This document shows, in pieces, positions 1-15,290 of a DNA stretch of 64,000 nucleotides. The DNA is from Trichoplax adhaerens (lineage: Eukaryota > Animalia > Placozoa), in contig NW_002060947.1 of assembly GCF_000150275.1 (NCBI RefSeq), forward strand, positions 8,464,043 to 8,528,042, written 5' to 3'. Below the pieces are notes generated by a model. It ran no database searches. It was not told the origin of the DNA and saw only the letters and a list, made by a program, of their open reading frames with translations. How positions within the stretch are numbered: the first letter of the stretch is position 1; every line of letters starts with the position of its first letter. The translations under genes and the position numbers were made by a program.

Positions 1-1815
1 TGATAACAAAGGTATCTGTCAACAAAAATACAAGATGATAGATTAGGAAATACCATTCTTTTATTAATACAATTTCTAATTAACTTGTTTACTCAATTAA
101 AGCAGTGGCCAAGAGTTTAATGACGGATTTCTGCCTATGCTATACTGCTCATAAGCAGATGCATTGCAGTCAAAGTAGATATTAGATATAGTTTAGAAAT
201 ATTGTCGCATCAACTATCGATATCTGTTAGTATAAACTGAAAGTTTTATTATAAATTTATCGGAAATAATGATATAATGCTTGTCTAAATGCTATTGATA
301 GCAAACATTTGTAACATATAGCTGGTGTCAATCTAGCTGAATGATAAGCAACACTATGTTAAAGACGAATTTTTCGATACGTGTATTGTTTCAAGGAAGC
401 TATTCTACTTACAGTTAGTAGAACTAAAATTGATTATTTTTAATTCACTGTTATAATAAGAACGAATTGAGATTGGTCTAAGCAGACATCCTCCGTAAAC
501 ATGTTACTAATACGTATCACGTATAAATACCAAGATTATTACAGCTAAAAATTGCTATAAGAACCATCAATCAGCAACTTAGTCCGGCGATATGAATTAT
601 GTATGTAAATTCAGATATGTTACTGCGTGAAGAATTTCTTAAATTTAAACTAAATTACTGTTTGGGTTATCAATTAGTACTCGAACGTATGTTAGATCGA
701 GAGATTTGAGCAGAGAACGTACAGAAAATCACAATAAAAAAGATATTTGCAGGACTTCCTAAACGAAGTAACTAAATGACATACTATATCAGCGGTATCT
801 CTCAGATTCAGAAATTTTACGACAGAAATTAAAACATATTTCAGTGAAGACTATTGTTGAAGACTTTAAAAATAACTTACTATATAAAACATCAATCAGT
901 TATCTAGCAAACGGATAGAAAGACTTATGTACTTATAAAGAATAATCTATAAAAACAGAGATAGATCTATAGAACCAAAATTTTCATAAAATGCTTATAG
1001 ATATGGTTGTTTGCTACGCAAAGTCAATTAAAAACTACGAATATGACCTAGAAATATGTTATATACCAGTAAAATACTTAGAGGAAGTTGAAAAACTATC
1101 TCGAAATAGCTGAAATATAAAGCAGGATTTCATGGTAAATGGTTTGATGTGGATGGATGAAGAGAATTGAAAGCTGCAATCGACATTTGAATTTTGAATT
1201 CAGACAGTAGAATAAGTTTAAAGTCTATCGGATACTTATATTACATGTAGGAGCCTAAATTAAGAAAAATTTTGACGACTATATATTTGATTTTCTCTAG
1301 CGACGAAATCGTGTTGGCTATAACTTTGATATTGCTTTGTGCAAAAATTTTATTTGGTAATTTAGTCCTTTTCTATCGATAAAGATAAGGCTGAAGATTT
1401 TATGTTAGTGCTGATTGTGATTAGAATTTGATAGTTAGCTCTTGAAAATGAATTTTCATATTTAGCCATTAATTAAAAAAATGAAGTTTGAATGTAGGCG
1501 TAGCTATAATGATAGCAACATTAATATTTCTTAAATGCTTGATCTTGTTTCTTGTTGTACTTTATAGCCTTTTGCTTGTGGAATAAATCAGAATAGCGAT
1601 GAAAATAGTAGTATTGGCTACGACAAAATATAGATGGAATACAGAAAATCTCTAATTTTGCATTTAGTATTAGTTTAGAGAATTGGGTGCTCGCTTTATT
1701 TGAAAGCAATGGTCGAGTATCTGATTTAAAGGTGAGTATTTATGGAGATGAAGTAATATTAAGGCTGTGTTTAATATAGAAGTATTTCCGCATAATTTGT
1801 AAGAGTTTTACTTAC

Positions 1816-3221
1816 TCACAAAGTGCGATTCCATCCCTTAATTTAGCGGGAGCGTTATCATCTCCTAGTGATCTTCCAATAATAGCTGAGATCCAGTGTA
1901 GGACTTTCATTTCTTTACCTAGATCTCGCTTATCGCGAGACTAAATGAGAAAGAAAGACAGTATTATTACGTTTACGATATAAAAATTATAGGACACTAT
2001 TAGTAAAGATAAAAGCCTCATTTGAGCACAAATTCGCATTATAGTAAATTAAATGGCGTTATGCTATTGCTTAGACCTTAATCATTACTGCAGTAAAATG
2101 ATTAATCGATTTGCTATGTTACTAGTTTTCAATTCCGCCATATTACAGTTCAGTATTACTCTGTATAAGTACATAGTAATTCATGATTTTGATAAAGCTG
2201 TTTCAACATTAGCCTTAGCAAATCGCTCAGGTTAATTCTAATTTTGTAAAGGAGATCAGGAATCTATACTGACACATGTTATTATAATGTTAACGAGCAA
2301 AAATACTATTGGGCTTTTAAGATAAATCTAGTCATGCTACCGTAAAATGTATACTAAATGTATGTTGATAGAAAATTTAAAAAAGAAAATGGGGAAATGA
2401 TCTGTAACCAAATAAAATTACGAATGCTATAAGCTATAATAGCAATATACGTAGATCTTTTTAAACTGATACAATAATATCGCATTGAATACGATGGTCG
2501 ATCCTTCCGTTGATCAACAGAGAGCATCGGCATTCTAAACATTACGAGTAAGAGTTTCGTACTAAGGTATTGAAACTCTTATTAATAATATACAATAATT
2601 TAGCTAAAAACGATGACTGGTCTATAAGGGAATTAACAAACAGTAAAATTCTGGTCAAATGATTTTATCTATATATAATGCATTATAGACGGAATCAACT
2701 GCCTGCAGTTTAACAATCTCAGTCTGTTAATACGGTAATTCTAGCGAATTACGAATTCATTTTAACCTACACGTATGATGATTCTACATTTTAGTGACTC
2801 TTATGCTAATAAGCTAAATATCTCTTGCCAAAAATTTTGAACGAAATTTATAGTAAATATGCTTAAGGCTTGATTTTGTGAAAAGAATCGTAGTAGTTAA
2901 GAACTGATTCTATTTCGTAGACAGTAATCTCTCAAGAACTATGAACTCGTTTAAAACTAGTAACTTGAAACTAATGACATTATTTTTTACTATTTTTCCA
3001 TATTTACAATCTAATTAGAGAGCATCGTACGGTCAAAAGTTAATTATAAGTTCGGTTAAATCAATCTAGAAGTATTTTCAAGAAGACCTAGATTTTTAAT
3101 CGCTCCTAGATTCGCTTATATAGCCATTTTTATTCTACGACAATCAGGTCGAAAATTTTAACAAACTTACACTATATGTCTTTGGAGGGGACAACCAATA
3201 TCCAGGAGCTATATCAGCCAT
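1816..3221 (-). CDS. Myophilin/transgelin-like calponin-homology protein, tandem paralogue (exons 1-2 only; remaining exons not found in window)
   Basis: Exon 3221-3171 (51 nt, MADIAPGYWLSPPKTYS|gtaagt) and exon 1940-1816 (125 nt, ag|SRDKRDLGKEMKVLHWISAIIGRSLGDDNAPAKLRDGIALC|gtaagt). Exon lengths and phases equal those of the neighbouring myophilin gene; CH-domain motif W-I...L-[KR]-DGIALC present. Confidence 0.8.
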
Positions 3222-4026
3222 AGTTAGTTCCAGCTGTGAAAATAGTCTGCTAAAATAATGATGGCTCAGAGCAAGAATGACACATTCAAGAACGTAAGTT
3301 GGTTATTATAGTATGTAGTGGATAGTTAAGATGTAGACTTTTTACTAACGATAAGGAGCATATTAGTGCGAGCTAGAGGTAACAATTATAATTATTGGGA
3401 TTAATCACGTAGAATCTATTTGAATGGCTTATTGACCTTTGAATTACCCTATACGCTAGCGACTATGGATCGAACTTACAATAATAATCAATATATATAT
3501 GGCACAACTATGGTGGTTGTCTATCTATTCCAACTGTGATTGGGACTGTTAAGTAACTGAAAATAATCATAATTTTACTTTCATAGCCATTTTCATTCAT
3601 CTTCTTAGCGGGGTGCTTCATTAGCGAACAATGTATATTATCATTAGCCATCTTGACGTTAAGTTGCAGCTGGCTCTGCTTATATAAAATCTTTAAATTC
3701 AATTTTATAGATTAAATAAGATCTTGTTATCATGTCGTTATACCAAATCCAAAAGAAGCATTAGGGGAATTTTGAGATGTCGGTATGGAGTCCTTGCTGT
3801 GGCAGAACTAAATAAGGCATAAATTTGGCTTATAATATTGATGAACCAGTCAATGTCTACAATAAATCAATGTCTGTCTATTTTTTTTACTCAATTCACT
3901 ATAAACTTGCTCTGGATTTTAAATCTACGAGTACGAGTGCATGTATTCAGATACGCATATTTATTCTAACTGTACCTGAAGCTAAATTTATATTTCTGAT
4001 AAAAATTCTGGATACGGGCATTTTAT

Positions 4027-4067
4027 CCTAAACCTAACCCTAAACCTAAACCTAAGCCCAAACCTAG
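4027..4067. repeat. Short degenerate telomere-like hexamer tract (CCTAAA/CCTAAC)n
   Basis: cctaaacctaaccctaaacctaaacctaagcccaaacctag, about 6-7 units. Confidence 0.7.
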
Positions 4068-4328
4068 TCCGTACTTAATTTACTTCATAAAGATTCTTGT
4101 TTAACTCTAATATTCTATGCCATTTGAAGCGATTTTTATATCCTTGCAAACTTAATTAACCAGTATGATTGTACATTCCAATATAAAAAATATATAAACT
4201 TCAATTAATATGAGGATGAAAAATAAAGATGAACGATGAATGAATTTATACAATATTGAAGCTCTAAAACGATTTCTAATCTAGTGCATTTGTGGGCCTA
4301 CATATAATGCTTTTAGTACTGTTGCTAC

Positions 4329-4959
4329 TGTCACAAAAACAGCTTTGCAACAAGATAACGTAATATACGATCAATAAGTCAATTCCTTGAACTACGTATC
4401 AAGGAACGATATCTGCACTATCATAAACACTTTTGCTCTACTAGCAGACTACACAAAGACTTAAACGCCACGTATTTTACGTTAAATACTAAGTTTGAGA
4501 ATCCACTTTATTACACGATATGCTGCATTTATATACTATTCCTAAATAGTTCATGAGTCATAGTTAATACGATTAACCTCGGAATCATTTACTGAATTAG
4601 ATATTAAAATTAGCTACTGCTCCCTTAATGCAGACAACAGTATTTACGAACATAGACATGTAATGACTAATACAGAATAGTCAGATTACGATATGTCCTA
4701 TCACGGAGCACTTCCATGATAATTTACGATCTACCATAAGTAAATTACAATCACAATGATTCGAACTGTAAGTAGATGATTTGCATTCCCTATTATAACT
4801 ATTAATTTCAGTATGTGTATAAGTGTCACTTTCATAAAAAGTCAGTTCTGTATTAAAACACAGTATATCCAAATTAGAAGTTAACTAAATAAGGATAGGC
4901 TAACAGAATTATCCTAACATAGATATTTCTACTCTAATACAGTACATAGCACTGTCACA
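4329..4959. mobile_element. Solo-LTR-like element, family A copy 1 (631 bp)
   Basis: TG...CA termini (tgtcacaaaa...actgtcaca); 5-bp TSD GCTAC at 4324-4328 and 4960-4964; highly similar copy at 55718-56347 with a different TSD. Confidence 0.85.
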
Positions 4960-6482
4960 GCTACTTATTTGCTATTCTACATGAAAATATTATCAATGTT
5001 AAATAGGAAAGTTTAGACAGATTAACCAGGAAATTATTGATAGGAAACTAAAATATTGTCATATATCGGGTAATATCGGGGTGCTTCTTTAATTTATTTC
5101 GGTAATTTCTTGCTCGCAATTCTATATTTTAGTGAATCACGTTATATTAAGTTAAAGGTCGTTGTTCTTGCAATCTGAATTCACGAATTCGTCAAGTTAG
5201 CTCTATTTTGAGTTGATAAACTTGACTATTTTAGTTTGCTTAAGGATTAAACGGTCTTTTTCGTCTTAAAATTTACTTAAAAGTGTACATTAGAAGTCAC
5301 AAATTAGAATAAGTATGTCTGTTGTTAGTTAATAATAGGAAACTATTGCTAATAATTTACACATATACTATGAAGTAATGGCTAGAAACATTTTTAGTTG
5401 TGGCTAGATATTATTCCTAATAATATTTGATCGCTCAGAATATTGTATATTCCAAATATCAATGTATAAACTCGATAATTCTGTGAAAGACTGTAGGCCT
5501 TTAAGAGGAGAGTTAGCTGATCATGAAGAGCCAAATAACTTCTTTATTGCAAAGTGATAGCTATCAAATCATATTAATGCGATTTTACGTGTGTCACTTT
5601 GTTACTAAGTTATAATTGCAATAAATTTCTTGAAATTTCCACGGGTTTCTCTAGTTGTTATTAATGAAGTAACTAAAGAGCGGATGCAGCAATTCATACT
5701 TTGAAAGTGCTAGATAGCTGATAAAATATAGTAAAATTGTATTAATGCCAGCAGAAGTTTCTTGATTTAGCCAAATCTTTAGAAGATGTTTGTACACGTT
5801 ATCTACTACAGTTAAACCGTACCGTAAGTAGTGTCTTTGCCATGAGGAAGAATAGAAATGATGGGTACCATTTTGCTTATCGCTTAAATATTGGAAGTAA
5901 AAGCTGTCGCTTATTTTGTACACACTGCTGCAGTATTGTCCAGCACGTGAATAACATATCATTAGAATAGATGATTAAGTAATGATTCTGATGTTCAGTA
6001 TCAGTAGGGCATAGCTCTTATTTCTTGTAAATTTCTTTTTTGAGTTCATGTATTATAAGCCACGGGTTGAATTCTTTTTTACACGAGTAGAAATTGCAAT
6101 TAACGGACATTTAAAAACTTTATTACCTTCTTCAATAACGTGGCTATGCTATAAATCCACTTTACAGAGTAAATAGTAAAAGTGGCTCAAAGTCTCCCGA
6201 AAAATAAGATAGATTAAGACCAAAGGAATCAAAGACAAAGTCTTTAGCTGATATGTAGTTAGCGACAGTACCACTTTACACTCACATCTTAACAACTTGA
6301 ATTTAAAAGTACTATTTTTAATCTTAAGTTTTTATTTAAGGTAGATGCCTCGTTTTGATTCTAGAGCTTGATAGGTACTACTGGAAGTGATCTATTATAT
6401 TATTACCCTAACTGCATGATTGAAAATTTACCTACAGATAACATCGATTGTCAATAAATTCAATAGCTCAACGAAAACAGTA

Positions 6483-9909
<3,427 letters not shown>

Positions 9910-10519
9910 CTTTAGCTCTTCTTGAATTCTGTAATCGTGATACAATAGAAGAATGAATCTTACGTCGGCCACAACTTAATCGCTAGTTGAAACTATCGTC
10001 AACAACGATCAATTCGACGCTTTAGCTCTACTTACAGACCCAGTCGATGATCGCTTCAAAAACTCTTGACCCTGGCAATGCAATAATGAGCCTTGATTGA
10101 ATAGATGACTCATATATGAATATGATCTTTCTATTGTAGAGGCTATCTAGCTGGCGATGGTGCTCGATATTTGTCTCGATCAAGCTCAAGTCGAATTCAA
10201 GTAGAAAATGACTGGCGATGAAGGTGTTCAATCTGCCGTTTTAGCCCTTTGGAATAATAAAATGTGTCTAAAGTAGGTGTGACAAGGACTTGGCGTCCCT
10301 GTTCTATTGGCTAAATGATAACAATGTATAAAATCAACACCATACTGAGTCTTACGAAGATCAATCAATTTTACAAGCAACTCAACCTATTCTAGATAAA
10401 TAAATAAAATTAAACAAAGGCAAGACCACTGTTCTATTGTTTGCTATCTATTGTATCAATCGTATCTATTCAACCTAGAGTACTTTATCTATTCTACGTC
10501 ATTCAATAGTAAATATGGT

Positions 10520-12085
10520 TGTTGTCAACTACTTTTGTAATCGCTTTGTAAGGTAATCGATCATTGTGCCACAGGCGTTCATTTGTAGCTAGGGATTGAA
10601 ATCATAAGTAGTGCACAGTCAAATATGTCGTATAGCTTGAGTGGCTGATGGGTGCATTGATCTACGGCGTAATATTTTGATCATCATCTCTCCATCATTG
10701 AGCCCAACTGCCAATTCTCTGTCTTCGAAATAATATCATCGCAGCAGATAGGTTTTGTTGATTTTATCAAAATAAAGTCAAATAATTTGCTGGCGGCATT
10801 GGATGGCTGCTCAGTAAGGCATATTACTACCCGCTTGATGATATATATCTACTTTTTGATTCGTTTCCTATGAAAGGAAATCAATCGATGGCGATAAGCG
10901 TTCATGGATAGCTAGAGCTAGGGATTCGAAGTAGTGCCCACGAATCAGTCATATTGGCAGTGTTGGCTTGAGAAGCTAATCAGCAGTGATGGATTGCACA
11001 GTAATTTTATCATCATCATCTTCTTCATCATTTGGTTCCACGAATACTCTATATTGTAAATAACATCGTCCTAGTGGATGGCTTTTTTTGAATTGATTTC
11101 ATCAAGAGACAGTTAGGATAATTTGCTGACAGCATTTTACGGTAGCTAGTCAGGCTATACTACTAGTACTCCTTATAAGATGGAAACTATCGTTCCTAAT
11201 AGTTTACTATGAAAAGGAAATTGGTTGATGGCGATAGACATTTATTTAGAGCTGGTGATTGAGATTATAGAATGTGCCCTGTCAATTTTGTCGTACTGCA
11301 TACCGTCAGTGGCTAATTACAGCATTTATCTACTGTACTGTCTAGCATCTTATAGTATTATTTGCATTAGCGGATGGCAGTTACTGATTTCATCTAATGA
11401 CAGGCAAAATAATTTGCTAGCAGCGTTTTTGGGCAACGAAGAAGGGTATATTACTACCCCCTTTATAATGCAAACTACTTTTCTATTTGTTTGCAACGAA
11501 AGGAAATCAATCGATGGCGACAGGCATTCATTTATAGCTAGTGATCGAGATTAAGAGTATTGCTCAGCCAAATTTGTCGCTTGACTAATTGGCATTGGTC
11601 GATTTTGCAGTAATTTTATTATTATCTTCTCCACCATTTGATGCAACCACCACTATTTTGTCAATAATATTATCCTAGTGGATGGGTTTTTATTGACTTT
11701 ATCAAAAGACATTCAAAATAATTTGCTAGCAGCATTTTAGGGCAGATAAATCATCTTTGTGATGTAAACTACTTTTTTAATAGTTAGCTATGAAAGGAAA
11801 TCAATTGATGGCGACAACCGTTCATTTATGGCTAGTGGCCGAGATTAGAAGTAGTGCCCGACCAAATTTGATGTGTAGTTTGAGTAGCTATTCATTTATC
11901 TCCTGTACTCTCTGCAGAATTTTTGTCATCATCTTCTCTACCATTTGGTGCAGCTAACGGTACTCTGTTTTATAAGTAATATCGTCTTAGCGGATGGGTT
12001 ATGTTAATGTTATCAAAAGAAAGTAAAAAAAATTTACTGGCAGCATTTTAGGGCAGTTAAGTGGGACATATTACTACCCCTTTGA
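10520..12085. repeat. Degenerate tandem array, about 5 units of 290-340 bp
   Basis: Recurring blocks AATAATTTGCT(G/A)GCAGCATT near 10781, 11118, 11408, 11717 and 12028; AAAGGAAATCAATCGATGGCGA near 10873, 11214, 11498 and 11793; CATATTACTACCC near 10820, 11448 and 12067. Confidence 0.85.
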
Positions 12086-15000
12086 ATGATATTGAAGGTT
12101 TGCACTTGATACATCCCTTTCTCACGAATAGTGTTGCTCTCAATTCGGGCTGAGTATTTATACAAAGGGATAGCGTCATAATAGACTTCGTCCAAGATAG
12201 TGATAATTATAATTAATTGACAAGTTATTGAAAAGCAGTTTCAGCTGTTGTAAAATTACAATCTAGTAGTTTAATGAAGAAGTCCACTACTTTGATCAGT
12301 TATGTAGCTTAATTACGTAGACATAATAGATGTTAGCACAAGTTTGCTTATTCATTAAGAATGATCACTATCTTAATATTAAAGTTCTAACCCGAATTAT
12401 TAATCTCACAATTTCACTTTCAGATATATTAGGATACGGAATATATAATTAAAAGCCCCGGTGATCGAATAGAAGGTATTAATATGGTTATGAATTGAAT
12501 TACTACACTCTCGCCTTCCAATGGTTACCCTTCAGTTTCAAATCATGCTATTTTTCACCTGCCTGGTTTCAATTAGTTGTAATAGGATTATAAGCAAATG
12601 TAATTAAACTTCTATCATCTGGTAATACGTTGAAAAAAATTCCGATGAGTATAGGTTCATTCTTTTGCTTGAAATCAAATAATGATTGATTTACTGCACC
12701 ACATTCTACTAGTAATGTGGCAAGACAGTGTATCCTAAAGGAAGCCTAAGGGCTTAGTATTTTGCTGTAATTGTCTTATTTGCTTACGGAAATACTCGCA
12801 CATATTCCTTTTCATTCCACTATAATAACACAATTGCGAGTAAATACTTTACAGGATTTCAAATTAACTGTTTAGAATGCTAAATCATCTTAATAGACTA
12901 TAAAATAAGACAAAACGATGCCTCGTTATTTCTATTTAGCAATTCATAGAATTAGACTGAACTATGCTGATATGGGAACTTCTTTCCCTTCATCTAGCTA
13001 ATATGTAACTACTGTCCCTCATCCTACAGTACCATCCATTTGGCTGCATACCTATGACATAAAAGCAGCTGGCTAATTTATTATAATTAATTGTAAAAGA
13101 CTATCCAGTGTCATAAAATATATACGAATATCTTGTGCGGTCATAATAGTAGCTACAGGATAAAATTCTAAGGATTTTTTGGTGTGATACTATGTCGGAT
13201 AATTTAATATAAGATAGATACTTTATTACCAGTGATGCTTTGCATTTTCATAAGCCTATGCTTTAATGTGATATACTTTTAATGAACTACTGTTTATAGT
13301 ACGTTCTTTTTGTTTCGATACTAATAAAAATGGTAAAAAATTCTATTTTATGGTTGCAAATGGTTTTATATAAGTGATGTCGTTTATCCTGGTATATCAT
13401 GCTGCTTTACAGCGATAGCATTTTATTCTCTCTATTTGTTAAATGGCTAAGACTTTGTCAATCTACAACATATATAACATGACATATATATTGGTAACGG
13501 ATTGCGACTAAGATTGGCGTAATTTAATCATAAATAGTTTTCATATTCTAGATCGTGGGTAGCTCCTTCCAATATCAGTAATAACCTTCTACTTTATTTT
13601 CTAGACGGTTTCTACAATTTTAAAACAACTTACTATGCCTTTCAAATTTCATGCTCATTCTATCTTGATCATCAACCGTTTTGAAATCAATACTCATTTA
13701 CCTGTGCAGAGTTTAAGTTTTCTGAAGGCTATCGAAAATGATTGCTACTAGATTAAATGTGATTATTGTCTACGTTCCTTTCTTTTATATTTAACACATA
13801 GCATTATCAAGAGTTGAGCAAAGGTAAATTGTCTATATATTCGTAATGTCGACTGTTTTTTTTCTACTTATTTTGCCTAACTATAGACTTGTCAACAGCT
13901 CTTTGTCAGTTGTATTGATAAAATTGCACACATGATGTAACTGATCTCATGTTGTTTCTCTACTGGATATTAGCAACGCGTATAAGATCAAGACTAAAAA
14001 CAACAATGGATCACCGATTTTTTTCATGCTGTAAAAATGGACTCCGTGGGGTGATGGGACGTGCAAAATGCAACATAAAAGCCACTAACAATAATATTAG
14101 TAAAAGAAAGGCATTCTTATTTCTTGGTGGTCTCTTTGGTTAGCGATAATATCGTCAATCATGATGAATGATTTTTCATTCTCTGAGAGGGAAACCATCC
14201 ATTGCCAAAGTAGGCGATTCAAGCATTTGTTTTTCATTGATCGTCTATTAGTTGATTTCGACTAGGCTGTACAACGCTTCTCTTAGCATAGTTACGCTAT
14301 TGCTAAGAATTAATTACTGCTTCTTTTACGAATGCTTTAATAAATATGAGGAATATTTGATTTAGACCTTAGCTTTCAACTGAATACGTCCAATATGCAG
14401 AGAATTGTAAATCGTCGCGAACAGCGAAATAGTATGTCCTTTTTACAACTACCCGACTTGCCATTGAAACGACAAAAATCACATGCCATGTCCCTGGTTT
14501 CAAAAATTTATAAAAGGAAAAGTGTAAGTTTATGATTTATTGCCTTGCTTACCATATTATCATGCCGTTAGATTTATTGCTACACTGAACCGACCATCCT
14601 TGAAGGAAACTATTGGATACCTAGAGAACTGTCTGTAGGAACATAAAATATCATTACTAAATCTGAAGCTAGATGCTTTTAAAATAATAAAAATAAAAGA
14701 AAATTATTAGGCAGTCAAATAATATGACAAGCCTTTTATTTCCGTTCAAGTTGGCATTACGTTAATCAGTTATTTTACAAAGAAATGCCAAAGTCTATCT
14801 CTCTGTTTGTTAGATACTTGTATGTTCTTAAAATCTAAGCTATAAACTGATCTACTTTGGGAATATACTATAACCATTTCAGACAGTTTTGTTCACAAGA
14901 TGATGAATTAAGGAAAATTGTCCATTTTACTGCAATAGAATAATTAGTTGCTCTTTTCTAATTATCGCCTAAAACTTAAAATAGTGAAAATAAATATAAA

Positions 15001-15290
15001 TTGTAGTACCTGAAGACAGTAGCTAGCAGAAAAACAAGTAAAGGCATTCGAATTTAATCCGAAAATTATTGATTGTCTTGGACTAATTCTAAAGTCACAT
15101 TGAATTATCTTATCGATCAACTTGTTCCATTACTTTCGCTGACTATCAATCTTTTCTCTATTTTGCTTCAATTTGTATATATGTACAATCTTGATTATCA
15201 GTAAATCTTATAAGAAATATGATCATCGCTTCTATAGGAAATGAAGCTGGCTGTTGTGATTTTTTATTGATTGTTTGCAGAAAATTTTAG

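Noticed and set aside
1521-1709. ORF ending QAFKKY as exon 3 of the myophilin paralogue
   Set aside because: No phase-compatible acceptor, and it ends in a stop rather than a donor
4681-4872. 63-aa ORF repeated at 56069-56260
   Set aside because: Lies inside the two solo-LTR-like copies; the similarity is explained by recent duplication and no protein motif was recognised
5651-5962. 103-aa minus-strand ORF
   Set aside because: No motif; likely a chance ORF downstream of myophilin
11225-11554. 109-aa ORF within the array
   Set aside because: The frame is not preserved in the other units
10520-12085. Array as CRISPR or U1/SL snRNA cluster (ATAATTTG resembles an Sm site)
   Set aside because: Units are ~310 bp and similar throughout, with no unique spacers or cas genes; no ATACTTACCTG U1 5' end or SL donor pattern was seen
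13800-14640. Exon-like pieces as 5' coding exons of the CNBD gene
   Set aside because: Could not be joined in a consistent open phase; may be UTR exons
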